From: Dehalococcoidia bacterium | GTDB lineage: Bacteria > Chloroflexota > Dehalococcoidia > UBA6926 | DNA: 64,000 bases | Direction of reading: 5' to 3' | Assembly: GCA_963665385.1 (NCBI GenBank) | Contig: OY762213.1 | Span: forward strand, 786,913-850,912 | Shown here: piece after piece, positions 30,220-39,798 of the stretch | Position numbering within the stretch: position 1 is the first letter of the stretch | Layout of the letters: every line of letters begins with the position of its first letter | The notes under the pieces: model-generated | Seen by the model: only the letters and a program-made list of their open reading frames with translations | Database searches by the model: none | Told to the model about the DNA's origin: nothing | Program-made: the position numbers and the translations under genes

Positions 30220-30929
30220 TTATTGCCATAGACACCGCTACTGAGACAGCGAGCGTTGCGATTGCCCATCCCGATGGGGCCATCGCAGCGGAACTGACAT
30301 GGCGGGCAGGCCGCAATCACACCATGCACGTGCATCCAACCCTTCGCCACGTGATGATGCTGGCGGGGGTCGCCACTAGCGATCTAACCGGCGTTGTCGC
30401 CACGCGGGGGCCGGGGAGCTTTACGGGTATCCGAATCGGCCTAGCCACGGCCAAAGGCCTCGCGCAGGGGCTTGATGTGCCGATTGTCGGTGTGGGAACC
30501 CTCGCCGTCGCGGCGTATGGGGCCGTTCATCTGGGACGCACGGTGTGGTCGGTTGTGGACGCGGGTAGGAAGCAGTACGCCGCCGCTGCCTACAGAGCAT
30601 CGACTGAGAACGGTGTCGAGCAACTCGTCGAGGAGGCCATCGTCTCGCCGGAAGAGCTAATCTCACGATTGGCCGAACGCGGCGAGGATTGTGTCCTGAC
30701 AGGAGAGTTCAACGAAGAATTGGCTGACACGGCGCTTAGCGGCCTCGGAAACGCGCTGACGATCGCGCCGGACGTTGTTCGCACGAGGACGGCGGCGAAT
30801 GCGGCGCGGCTGGGTCTACTGCGTCTGCATCGCGGCGACGTGGATGATGTTGCGACGCTGGAGCCGCTTTATCTAAGACCGCCGGCGGCCGTGGAACGCG
30901 CAGAGGCGCAGGCCGCGTCTACTCAGTAG
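30216..30929 (+). CDS. tsaB: t6A biosynthesis protein TsaB
   Basis: IAIDTAT, GPGSFTGIRIG, LEPLYLR. Confidence 0.95.
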   Translation: MIIAIDTATETASVAIAHPDGAIAAELTWRAGRNHTMHVHPTLRHVMMLAGVATSDLTGVVATRGPGSFTGIRIGLATAKGLAQGLDVPIVGVGTLAVAAYGAVHLGRTVWSVVDAGRKQYAAAAYRASTENGVEQLVEEAIVSPEELISRLAERGEDCVLTGEFNEELADTALSGLGNALTIAPDVVRTRTAANAARLGLLRLHRGDVDDVATLEPLYLRPPAAVERAEAQAASTQ

Positions 30930-31113
30930 GGCTGTGGCGATTTCGTTCCTCATCGCGAAGACGCTTGCGCCGGCCGAGACGCGACATCAACACCAGGATG
31001 GCAATAATGGCGATGATGAATCCGAAACTGATAATCTCGTCGGCCCACCCGCCCGCGCCTGTGAGGGCATGGGCGGGTAGAACCGGTGGGATAGAGGACA
31101 TGGAAACGGCCAT
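30919..31113 (-). CDS. Small single-pass membrane protein
   Basis: One TM helix followed by a basic tail; TATGCT -10 box 5 nt before the ATG. Confidence 0.5.
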   Translation of the reverse strand: MAVSMSSIPPVLPAHALTGAGGWADEIISFGFIIAIIAILVLMSRLGRRKRLRDEERNRHSPTE

Positions 31114-31149
31114 AGGCCAGCATACCGCGTGATCGGGAGGGGCTAGTAG

Positions 31150-31977
31150 ATGACTGCAGATGTGCCGCGGGATCGCTATACGCACGGGCACCATGAGTCC
31201 GTGGTGCAGAATCACGCGCGGCGTCGCGCGGAAGGAGAAGCGTGGTTCCTGCTCCCACACCTAAAGGCAGGAATGCGCCTGCTTGACGTGGGATGCGGGC
31301 CGGGAACGATTACGGCTGGGCTGGCACGGGCAGTCGCGCCGGGCGAGACCATCGGCATCGACCTCTCAGAGGAGATATTGGTTCAGGCGCGGGATCATGC
31401 TGCGTCCGAAGGCGTGGACAACGTGACGTTTACTGATGGAGACGTATATCAACTCAACTACGAAGACGAGACGTTCGATGTCGTGTATGCCAATCAGGTC
31501 CTACAGCACCTGACCGATCAGCCGTTAGCCCTGCGAGAGATGCGGCGGGTGCTCAAGCCGGGCGGTTTGCTCAGTGTGCGAGAAACGGACTACGCCACGA
31601 TGACGCCGTCACCCAAGTTCCCGGAATTCGAGGAATGGAGTCGGCTGTACCACGCCGTGGCGTATCGCAATGGAGCGGAGCCGGATGCGGGCCGCTATCT
31701 CGCCCGGTGGGTTCGAGAGGCGGGATTCCCGGACTATGAGATTCATCCCAATGTGGTGGTGATGGACGGCGACGACGCGCGTTTCTGGGGCGGCATGTGG
31801 TCGCAGCGGATCCTGCACTCCAACGTTGGGACTGACGCGCTGGCATACGGGTTGGCGGAACAGGCCGACCTGGACAGGATTTCTGCAGCGTGGACGCGAT
31901 TTGCAGAATCCGAGTGGCCGTTCTATATGTATGCGCAGATAGGCGTGTTGGCGCGACGCCAGGGAGTGCGTGAATGA
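31150..31977 (+). CDS. Class I SAM-dependent methyltransferase
   Basis: LLDVGCGPG, FDVVYANQVLQH, RVLKPGG. Confidence 0.92.
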   Translation: MTADVPRDRYTHGHHESVVQNHARRRAEGEAWFLLPHLKAGMRLLDVGCGPGTITAGLARAVAPGETIGIDLSEEILVQARDHAASEGVDNVTFTDGDVYQLNYEDETFDVVYANQVLQHLTDQPLALREMRRVLKPGGLLSVRETDYATMTPSPKFPEFEEWSRLYHAVAYRNGAEPDAGRYLARWVREAGFPDYEIHPNVVVMDGDDARFWGGMWSQRILHSNVGTDALAYGLAEQADLDRISAAWTRFAESEWPFYMYAQIGVLARRQGVRE

Positions 31978-33074
31978 AAGCTGCAATCCTCAACGACATC
32001 AATCAACCAATGACGGTGGAGGACCTGCCGACGCCGTCGCCCCGCGCAGGAGAAGTCCTGCTCAGGATCGCCGCAACGGGCGTGTGTCACACGGATCTCC
32101 ATGTGATGAAAGGGGAGGTCGCCTTTCCCACGCCATGTGTGCTCGGCCATGAGACGTCCGGCACGGTGGAGGCCATCGGGGACGGCGTAACGAATGTTGC
32201 CGTTGGAGATCGCGTCGTGTGCAGCTTCATCATGCCGTGCGGGTCGTGCGCGTACTGCCGCCGCGGCAGGGATGACATGTGTGAGACGTTCTTCGCTTAC
32301 AACCGCCTTAGCGGGCAGCTCTACGACGGCACGACGCGGTTGTCGCGTCCCGACGGCTCCCCAGTCTGGATGTACAGCATGGGGGCGCTCGCCGAGTACG
32401 CGGTCACGCCGGCTTCGTCTGTGTTTCGCCTGCCGGATAGTCTCTCGTTGCAAGAATCGGCCATCATCGGCTGCAGCGTGTTCACAGCTTTTGGAGCGAT
32501 TCGCAACCAGGCCGAATTACGTATGGGTGAGAGCGCCGCGGTGTTCGCCGTGGGAGGGGTTGGCACAAACGTCGTGCAGATTGCGGCGGCAGTGGGTGCG
32601 TCGCCACTCATCGCCGTTGATCTCGACGACGACAAGCTGGAACTTGCGCGGTCGTTCGGCGCGACACATACGGTGAACGCCGCTAAAGAAGACGCGGCGG
32701 AGCGTATTCGTGAGATCACCAACGGGCAGGGTGTCGATGCGGCGTTCGAGGCGCTGGGCAGACCGCAAACCGTGCAGCAGGCGTTTCAGTCCGTGGCGGA
32801 CGGCGGACGCGTCGTGATGATCGGCATCGCCTCAGCCGGAGAGACGGTGCCGCTTGAGATCACGCGGATCGTGCGGCGGGGCATCCGAATCATGGGGTCG
32901 TACGGCGCGCGGGCGGGGACGGACATGCCGCAGATCCTGAACCTGGTGGAGCGGGGCGTGGTGGACGTCAGCCCGAAGATCATTACGCGCCGCTACGGCA
33001 TTGAGCAAGTCAATGATGCCTACGACGCGCTTGGTCGCGGCGAGGTTGTGGGACGAGCGCTGATCGAGTTCTAG
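31974..33074 (+). CDS. Zinc-binding alcohol dehydrogenase (MDR)
   Basis: CHTDLH, GHE, structural Zn CGSCAYC..C, AVGGVG nucleotide-binding motif. Confidence 0.93.
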   Translation: MKAAILNDINQPMTVEDLPTPSPRAGEVLLRIAATGVCHTDLHVMKGEVAFPTPCVLGHETSGTVEAIGDGVTNVAVGDRVVCSFIMPCGSCAYCRRGRDDMCETFFAYNRLSGQLYDGTTRLSRPDGSPVWMYSMGALAEYAVTPASSVFRLPDSLSLQESAIIGCSVFTAFGAIRNQAELRMGESAAVFAVGGVGTNVVQIAAAVGASPLIAVDLDDDKLELARSFGATHTVNAAKEDAAERIREITNGQGVDAAFEALGRPQTVQQAFQSVADGGRVVMIGIASAGETVPLEITRIVRRGIRIMGSYGARAGTDMPQILNLVERGVVDVSPKIITRRYGIEQVNDAYDALGRGEVVGRALIEF

Positions 33075-33136
33075 CCAGCTTGACCACGAACGCGCGTTCT
33101 GATACCGTGCTCCCAAGGTTGTAGGGGGCATATGCA

Positions 33137-34939
33137 ATGCTGCGGCGGCTGACCATCGAGAACATCGGCGTCATCGACCGGTTGGATATCCCGTTTGACA
33201 ACGGTTTTACCGTGCTGACCGGTGAGACGGGCGCGGGAAAGTCGATCATCGTCAATTGCATCGCATTGATTCTTGGCGCAAAGGCGGACGGATCCATGGT
33301 TCGCTCCGGAGCGCAGCAGGCAAGGATCGAGGCGGTCTTTGAACAGGACGGGACCTACGGCGCCCTACCTAACGCGCTCCTGGAAAAGCTCGGCATCAAG
33401 GACGAGGAACATCCGCTGACGATTCACGTTGCCCGTGAGATTGACGGCATGGGCCGCGGCGACTGCCGGGTGAACGGGCGCAAGATTGCCCTCAAGACTC
33501 TCCAGGAGGCCGGGCGAATTCTCGCGGAGTCGCACGGGCAGCGTCAGACGCTGGCGCTGTTGGGACAGGTTGAACAGAGAGAAATGCTCGACCGCTATGG
33601 CGACCTGGAGGGCGAGCGCGAGTCCCTTGCGGAGTCGGTCGGGCATCTCAAGAAGGTCCGCTCCGGTATTGGACGGCTGCGGCGCGAAGACGCAAAGGTG
33701 GCGGCCCGGCGCGACGAACTGCAATTTGATTTGGCCGCGTACCGGGATGTCGCGCCCGTTCCCGGCGAAGACGCTGCGCTGGAACGGGAACGCTCCCGCC
33801 TGGCACACGCGGAGCAGCTGGGTACGCTGACGGGCACAGCGCGGTCGCTCCTGATTGAATCAGGTCGAGGCGAGAATGGCGTGTCGGATTCGCTGGCGGA
33901 GATCAGCCAGAACATGCGTGATGCCGCGACCCTGGACGCAGACCTGCGTGAAACATCGGAGACAGCGGCGGCTATTGCCGAGCAGGCGCAGGAACTTGCA
34001 CTCTCCCTGGCGCGGTATCTGGAAGGGCTTGAGGCGGATCCGAACCGTCTTGATGCCGTGGGAGAACGCATGGCGGCGTTGGATGACCTTAAACGGAGCC
34101 ATGGCGGCTCGCTTGAAGATGTACTCGAATGGGCTGACCGCACCGAGAACGAGCTGGCGGCTTTGAAAGGGACGTCAACCCGTCTGGAAGAGTTGCTCGC
34201 CGAAGAAAGCCGGCTGAACCAGCAAGTCATCAAAGAGGCACGGTCACTGTCCGCCGAACGCTCCCACGCAGCCGCGCGGCTTGGACGTGCGCTGGAAGCA
34301 GAGGTCGAGACGCTTGCGCTGGCGGGGACGCGAGTCGTTGTGGACGTGCGCTCCGCTCTCACAGCCCCGGAAGTTATAGATACGGGCGCCAGGTCCGGAC
34401 AATCGGTGGACGCGCTCAGTCTGTGTGACGAGTCGGGCGGCGATGAGGTGGAGCTTCTCATTGCGCCGAACGAGGGAGAGCCATTGAGGCCGCTGTCTGC
34501 AATTGCGTCCGGCGGGGAGATGGCGCGAATAATGCTGGCCGTAAAGACAGTGCTGGCGCGCGGTGATGCCCGGACGTTGGCATTCGATGAAATAGATGTC
34601 GGCGTGGGCGGTCATGTGGGCGGAACGATCGGGAGCAAGTTGGCCGACTTGGGAATAAGGCAGCAGGTGATCTGCGTGACGCACTTGCCGCAAGTGGCTG
34701 CTCATGCCGATCAGCACATTCGCGTTTTCAAGCGCACTCAGGACGGTCGGACAGTGACGCGAATCGAACAACTGCGGGATCACGAATCACGCGCCGACGA
34801 GCTGTCCAAGATGATTGGTTCCGGCACCGCGGCGGGACGGCAAAGTATGAGCGAACTGCTGGACGCGGCGCGAGGGCAAGACGGTGCAGAGGATAAGGAT
34901 TCCGGGATCGTCTTGCGTCTGCTGGAGGCCGTCGGTTAA
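33137..34939 (+). CDS. recN: DNA repair protein RecN
   Basis: TGETGAGKS, HGQ, coiled coil, ASGGEMAR, FDEIDVGVGG, VTHLPQVAA. Confidence 0.95.
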   Translation: MLRRLTIENIGVIDRLDIPFDNGFTVLTGETGAGKSIIVNCIALILGAKADGSMVRSGAQQARIEAVFEQDGTYGALPNALLEKLGIKDEEHPLTIHVAREIDGMGRGDCRVNGRKIALKTLQEAGRILAESHGQRQTLALLGQVEQREMLDRYGDLEGERESLAESVGHLKKVRSGIGRLRREDAKVAARRDELQFDLAAYRDVAPVPGEDAALERERSRLAHAEQLGTLTGTARSLLIESGRGENGVSDSLAEISQNMRDAATLDADLRETSETAAAIAEQAQELALSLARYLEGLEADPNRLDAVGERMAALDDLKRSHGGSLEDVLEWADRTENELAALKGTSTRLEELLAEESRLNQQVIKEARSLSAERSHAAARLGRALEAEVETLALAGTRVVVDVRSALTAPEVIDTGARSGQSVDALSLCDESGGDEVELLIAPNEGEPLRPLSAIASGGEMARIMLAVKTVLARGDARTLAFDEIDVGVGGHVGGTIGSKLADLGIRQQVICVTHLPQVAAHADQHIRVFKRTQDGRTVTRIEQLRDHESRADELSKMIGSGTAAGRQSMSELLDAARGQDGAEDKDSGIVLRLLEAVG

Positions 34940-35048
34940 ACCCCCGAATTGACATTGGCGGCGATGATGCCAATCATGGGTACGTTTGCGCAGAGTGGTG
35001 GAGGTCTGCGCTTGACCGGCTGGCAAGTAATCCGGAATCAGGGAAACG

Positions 35049-36389
35049 ATGTCATCTTATCCAACAAGAGTAGAGCGCAGCGTGTCTGCGCGTATTCCCA
35101 CCACGCACGGTGAATTCCGGCTCGATTATTTTTCCAACGATTCCGACGGCAAGGAGCACCTTGCGCTCGTCTACGGGGATGTCCAGGGGCGGGAGAATGT
35201 ACTCACCCGTGTTCATTCCGAGTGCCTGACGGGCGAGGTCTTTGGTTCCCAGCGCTGCGACTGCGCGTCTCAGTTGGATTCCGCGATTGAGGCGGTTGCG
35301 CGAGAAGGCGCGGGCGTAATCGTCTACCTGCGGCAGGAGGGACGCGGCATCGGCTTGCTGGAAAAGCTCCGCGCATACAACCTGCAGGACCAGGGGCTTG
35401 ATACCGTCGACGCCAATCTGCAGTTGGGACATCAAGCGGATGAGCGCAGTTACGACGTAGCGGCCCTAATCCTGCAAGAGCTGGGTGCGCGATCCATCAG
35501 GCTGATGACCAATAATCCCGCGAAGGTTGAGGAACTGCGCGGACTGGGCATTCGGGTTGCGGGGAGGGTGCCCGTGCCGGGCCCCGTCACCACGCAGAAC
35601 GTCGACTATCTCACCGCCAAGGTGAATCGCATGGGGCATATGCTGGACATCGCACCACCGGAATCGGACGAGGTCTCAAGCCCATTTGTGCCCGCAGTCG
35701 AGAAACACGCACTGGCGGATGCCAACCGTCGGCCATTCGTGACGCTGACGTACGCGCAGAGTCTGGACGGCTCGATTGCCGGCGCTGATTCCTTGCCGCT
35801 CCACCTCAGTGGCTCCAAGTCCTCCGAGATGACCCATCTGCTCCGCTCGTCCAACGACGCCATACTCGTCGGTATCGGAACGGTTATCGCGGATGATCCA
35901 CGTCTGACTGTTCGGCTGGCGGATGGCAAGGACCCGCAGCCAATCGTGCTGGATAGCAGACTCCGTTTTCCTCTGGACGCCAGCCTGCTGGAGGACTATC
36001 GAACGATGCCCTGGCTAGCGACGCTGGAGGACGCGCCGGTTGATCGACAGGTGGAACTTGAGGCGGCGGGTGCTCGCGTGCTCAGGCTTCCGGCAAGAGA
36101 GTCGGATGGCCTTGTGGATCTTCGAGCGCTGATGGCTACGCTCTACGAGGATGGTGTACGAAGCCTGATGGTTGAGGGCGGCGCGCGGGTTATCACGGAG
36201 CTGCTGGAAGCGCGATTTGTCGATCACGTGGTCATCACAATCGCGCCGACGCTCGTGGGAGGACTGCATGCGGTCTCAAGCGCAAACGGCGCAACGAGCG
36301 AGGCGTTCCCACGACTACAGGGTCTTGGCTACCGTCGGGAGGGCGACGACCTGATTGTGTGGGGCAGACCGGCATGGCCGCCGGACTAA
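35049..36389 (+). CDS. ribA: GTP cyclohydrolase II fused to RibD C-terminal (Rib7-like) reductase
   Basis: RVHSECLTG..RCDC, QEGRGIG, KLRAY.LQD, TNNPAK; then AQSLDGSIA, DAILVGIGT..DDP.L, MVEGGA. No deaminase domain. Confidence 0.93.
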   Translation: MSSYPTRVERSVSARIPTTHGEFRLDYFSNDSDGKEHLALVYGDVQGRENVLTRVHSECLTGEVFGSQRCDCASQLDSAIEAVAREGAGVIVYLRQEGRGIGLLEKLRAYNLQDQGLDTVDANLQLGHQADERSYDVAALILQELGARSIRLMTNNPAKVEELRGLGIRVAGRVPVPGPVTTQNVDYLTAKVNRMGHMLDIAPPESDEVSSPFVPAVEKHALADANRRPFVTLTYAQSLDGSIAGADSLPLHLSGSKSSEMTHLLRSSNDAILVGIGTVIADDPRLTVRLADGKDPQPIVLDSRLRFPLDASLLEDYRTMPWLATLEDAPVDRQVELEAAGARVLRLPARESDGLVDLRALMATLYEDGVRSLMVEGGARVITELLEARFVDHVVITIAPTLVGGLHAVSSANGATSEAFPRLQGLGYRREGDDLIVWGRPAWPPD

Positions 36390-37408
36390 CGAATAGCGCG
36401 GTAACGTTTGTCGGCCCGCGCCGTGTTGAGATTCAACACGACGACGTGCGTGGTCCGGGGCCAGGACGGGTGCTGGTTCGCACCCACTTATCTGCGATCA
36501 GCGCGGGGACTGAACTGCTTGTGTACCGGGGCGAGGCGCCGTCCGGGATGGCAGCGGACGAATCCATCGCCGCACTGCAGGGCAGCCTCTCGTTTCCCCT
36601 TCGCTATGGCTATGCAGCGGTTGGCGACGTGATTCAGGTCGGAGAGGGCGTTGATGCCAACCTGATCGGCCGGCCCGTATTTGCATTCAACCCGCACGAG
36701 TCGGTTTTCGAAGCTGAGCCGGAGTCGCTGATGGAGATTCCGGCAGGAGTTTCGTTTGAGGACGCAGTGATGTTGCCATCCATGGAAACGGCGGTGAACT
36801 TTGCCATGGACGGCGCGCCGCTCGTGGGAGAGAACGTCCTGGTAATCGGGCAGGGCGTCATCGGACTGCTGACGACGGCGCTGCTGGCGCAAATGCCCCT
36901 CGCCTCTCTCGTCACGCTGGACACCGTTGAGGCGCGGCGAGAGATGTCATTGGAACTCGGCGCGACAGCATCGTATGACCCTTCCGTGCCCGGCATGATG
37001 GACGAAATTGCCGAGGCGTTCGGCGGCCACGGGGCTGACCTTGTCTATGAGTTGTCCGGCAGGCCGGAAGCACTGGACACGGCTATTGCTGCGACCGGCT
37101 ACGGCGGCCGTATTGTCATCGGCTCCTGGTATGGGACCAAGCGCGCGCCGGTTGATCTGGGCGGTAGCTTTCATCGCAGCCGCATCAAGCTCATCAGCAG
37201 CCAGGTGACGACAATTGCGCCGGAACTGTCCGGTCGGTGGGATAAGCAGCGGCGATTTGCGACGGCGTGGCGAATGGTGGAGCTCCTTAAGCCGTCACAG
37301 CTTGTCACACATCGCTTTCCGGTTGAGGAAGCGGCAGATGCCTATCGGCTGCTGGATGAGTCTCCCGGCGATGCGCTCCAGGTTCTGCTGACGTACGATA
37401 GTTCCTAG
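36374..37408 (+). CDS. MDR-fold dehydrogenase lacking canonical Zn ligands
   Basis: SAISAGTE and YGYAAVG replace CxxD and GHE; GQGVIG Rossmann motif; GSWYG, SSQV. Confidence 0.85.
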   Translation: MAAGLTNSAVTFVGPRRVEIQHDDVRGPGPGRVLVRTHLSAISAGTELLVYRGEAPSGMAADESIAALQGSLSFPLRYGYAAVGDVIQVGEGVDANLIGRPVFAFNPHESVFEAEPESLMEIPAGVSFEDAVMLPSMETAVNFAMDGAPLVGENVLVIGQGVIGLLTTALLAQMPLASLVTLDTVEARREMSLELGATASYDPSVPGMMDEIAEAFGGHGADLVYELSGRPEALDTAIAATGYGGRIVIGSWYGTKRAPVDLGGSFHRSRIKLISSQVTTIAPELSGRWDKQRRFATAWRMVELLKPSQLVTHRFPVEEAADAYRLLDESPGDALQVLLTYDSS

Positions 37409-37443
37409 CTACTGAAGGCTGAACGCCATATTGGGAGAAGCGC

Positions 37444-37827
37444 ATGTACACCGTTTCCGTTTCCCATGAATTCACAGCTTGGCACTACCTCATCGGCGGT
37501 GATTGGGGCCCCGAAAACGAACTCAACGCCCACCCGTACAAGGTGGAGGCGCTGGTTGAAGGCCCGGGTCTGGACAGGCACGGCTACCTGGTAGACATCA
37601 TCGCGGTAGAACAAGCCATGGCCGCTATCGATACCCGGTATGCCGGCAAGACGCTCAACGAGCTTCCCGAATTCGAAGGACTGAATCCCAGCGTGGAGCA
37701 TTTTGCCCGCATCCTCTGGGATTTCATCGTAGAGCGCATTCCGACCGAGCCGCTTGCCTACATGACAATCCGCGTCTGGGAAGGGGATGATGCATGGGCG
37801 TCCTATCGGCGGGAGATTCGGCGTTGA
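37444..37827 (+). CDS. PTPS/QueD-fold (COG0720) protein, PTPS-IV-like
   Basis: FTAWHYL, WGPENELNAH, G.LVD, LNELPEF..NPSVE, RVWE; lacks the QueD CxxxHGH motif. Confidence 0.88.
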   Translation: MYTVSVSHEFTAWHYLIGGDWGPENELNAHPYKVEALVEGPGLDRHGYLVDIIAVEQAMAAIDTRYAGKTLNELPEFEGLNPSVEHFARILWDFIVERIPTEPLAYMTIRVWEGDDAWASYRREIRR

Positions 37828-38915
37828 GGGTTGGCCTCATCATCTATGGCAGCCTGGACACCTTGTCCGGCGGCTATCTGTATGACCGCAGATTGGTTGA
37901 GACACTGGAGCGCGCGGGCGATAGCGTCCGGATTATCGGGATTCCATGGCGCAATTACGGTCGTCACCTAATGGACGCCTGGTCGCGCAGACTGCGCCGG
38001 GATCTGAAGTCCGCAAACGTGGACGTGATGCTGCAGGATGAGCTGAATCATCCGTCGCTCTGGCGTGTTAATGGCGCGGTTCGCGGTCGGTGGCCAATCA
38101 TCTCCATCGTCCATCATCTGCGTATGAGCGAGAAGCGCGCGGCCTGGAAGAACCGCGCCTATGGCGTGATTGAGCGCAGCTATCTCCGCTCAGTTGACGG
38201 ATTCGTGTTCAACAGCGAGACAACGAAAAAGGCCGTCCACGATCAGATCAGGACGGAGAAACCGAACGTCTTGGCATTCCCCGCAGGCGACCGATTTGAT
38301 GTTTCTATGACGGAACAGGATGTCACGGAACGAGCCAACGCGGACGGCCCGCTGCGAATCCTGTTCTTGGGAAACGTGATTGAGCGCAAGCAGCTGCACG
38401 TGCTCATAGATGCTCTTGGCCTGACGGGAAACGTGGGTATCCGCGTAGATGTCGTGGGGGGTCTTGAAGTAGAGCCGGAGTACGCCAACAAGGTGCGTCA
38501 GCAGGTTGAGAACGACGGCCTTGAGGATCGAGTGACATTCCACGGCCCTCTGGCGGATGACGCTCTCCGCGCGCATTTTGAAGAGGCACACGTTCTCGTG
38601 GTTCCGTCCTCATATGAGGGATTTGGCATTGTCTACCTGGAGGGAATGGCATTTGGGATGCCGGCCATTGCCACGGACTCAGGGGCGGCGCATGAGATCA
38701 TCACGAATCGCCGTGACGGTTTCCTGGTACCCACAGGCTCGGCCCCTGAACTCTCTATGCGGCTACGCGATCTCGCAACTGATCGAAAGCGTCTGGCACG
38801 CATGGGCACGCAGGCGCTCAAGCGATTCGCCCGCCACCCCACGTGGGAACAGTCCATGACATCCGTCCGTGAGTTTCTATTGGAGATTGTTGAGAAAACC
38901 AATGCCGGGACCTGA
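37824..38915 (+). CDS. GT4 family glycosyltransferase
   Basis: SGGYLYD, FLGNVIERK, PSSYEGFGIVYLEGM; TTG start overlaps the upstream stop. Confidence 0.9.
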   Translation: MRVGLIIYGSLDTLSGGYLYDRRLVETLERAGDSVRIIGIPWRNYGRHLMDAWSRRLRRDLKSANVDVMLQDELNHPSLWRVNGAVRGRWPIISIVHHLRMSEKRAAWKNRAYGVIERSYLRSVDGFVFNSETTKKAVHDQIRTEKPNVLAFPAGDRFDVSMTEQDVTERANADGPLRILFLGNVIERKQLHVLIDALGLTGNVGIRVDVVGGLEVEPEYANKVRQQVENDGLEDRVTFHGPLADDALRAHFEEAHVLVVPSSYEGFGIVYLEGMAFGMPAIATDSGAAHEIITNRRDGFLVPTGSAPELSMRLRDLATDRKRLARMGTQALKRFARHPTWEQSMTSVREFLLEIVEKTNAGT

Positions 38916-39789
38916 ACACTACAACACTGTTCGCTATCTGAAGGCGAAGGCTGTCGTTGACGACGATGCGCTGAATGCGCGCGTGTACGACGCGCTCGCT
39001 CAGGGCATCTCCGACATGGGAGGCACACCTCTTCGTGTCATTGAACTTGGCGCGGGTGTCGGCGGCACGTTCAGGCGCCTGTTTGAGCGGGGCCTGCTTT
39101 CAAGCGGCGAGTACACAATGGTAGACCACGACTCCGAGAGTCTTGAAGAGGCGTCCCGGGCCGCCAACGCGATTCTCGATTCAAGCGCTGGAACGGCCTT
39201 GTCGGTGAATTCTGTTGTTGGGGATGCCGTCGCATATCTGCAGGGCGAGGCTGAGGCGGGTCGATTGGCCGACGTGATTATCGCGCAGGCTCTCGTCGAC
39301 CTCCTGAACGTGCCTGAGTTCCTTGGAGCTGCCGCCAATGCGCTCCGTCCGGGTGGCCTGCTCTATCTGCCAATCACGTTTGACGGGGAAACTGTATTTG
39401 AGCCGACCGCTAATGCCGTGCTCAACGCTCGTGTTATCGACAGCTACCACCGCGCGATGGATGACCGAAGGACGCCGAACGGCTTGCCAACCGGTGGGCG
39501 CAAGGCGGGCAGGGCACTGTTGACCGAAATTCCGCAAGCAGGCCTTGAGATAGCGGCGGCGGGTTCATCAGATTGGGTGGTGTTCCCGCAGGACGGCGGC
39601 TATCCGGAGGACGTGGCGTATTTCCTGCATCACATCATCAACTTCGTCTGGGAAACTCTCAGCGAAAACGCCATCGTGTTCAGCGCGGGACTTGAGGAGT
39701 GGGTCGCCGGACGCCACAGGCAGATTGAGCTCGGAGAACTGGTCTACATCGCTCACCAGCTTGACGTGGTGGCACGCAAACCCGGCTAA
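38902..39789 (+). CDS. Class I SAM-dependent methyltransferase-like protein
   Basis: VIELGAGVG, VDHD, ALVDL, LRPGG, SDW motif; overlaps the GT stop. Confidence 0.85.
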   Translation: MPGPEHYNTVRYLKAKAVVDDDALNARVYDALAQGISDMGGTPLRVIELGAGVGGTFRRLFERGLLSSGEYTMVDHDSESLEEASRAANAILDSSAGTALSVNSVVGDAVAYLQGEAEAGRLADVIIAQALVDLLNVPEFLGAAANALRPGGLLYLPITFDGETVFEPTANAVLNARVIDSYHRAMDDRRTPNGLPTGGRKAGRALLTEIPQAGLEIAAAGSSDWVVFPQDGGYPEDVAYFLHHIINFVWETLSENAIVFSAGLEEWVAGRHRQIELGELVYIAHQLDVVARKPG

Positions 39790-39798
39790 CGATAGCGC

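Noticed and set aside
34940-35048. FMN riboswitch upstream of ribA
   Set aside because: Too short and lacks the RFN consensus; only a TTGACA and small hairpins are visible.
37444-37827. Canonical queD for queuosine synthesis
   Set aside because: Lacks the CxxxHGH motif and has no queC, queE or queF neighbours.
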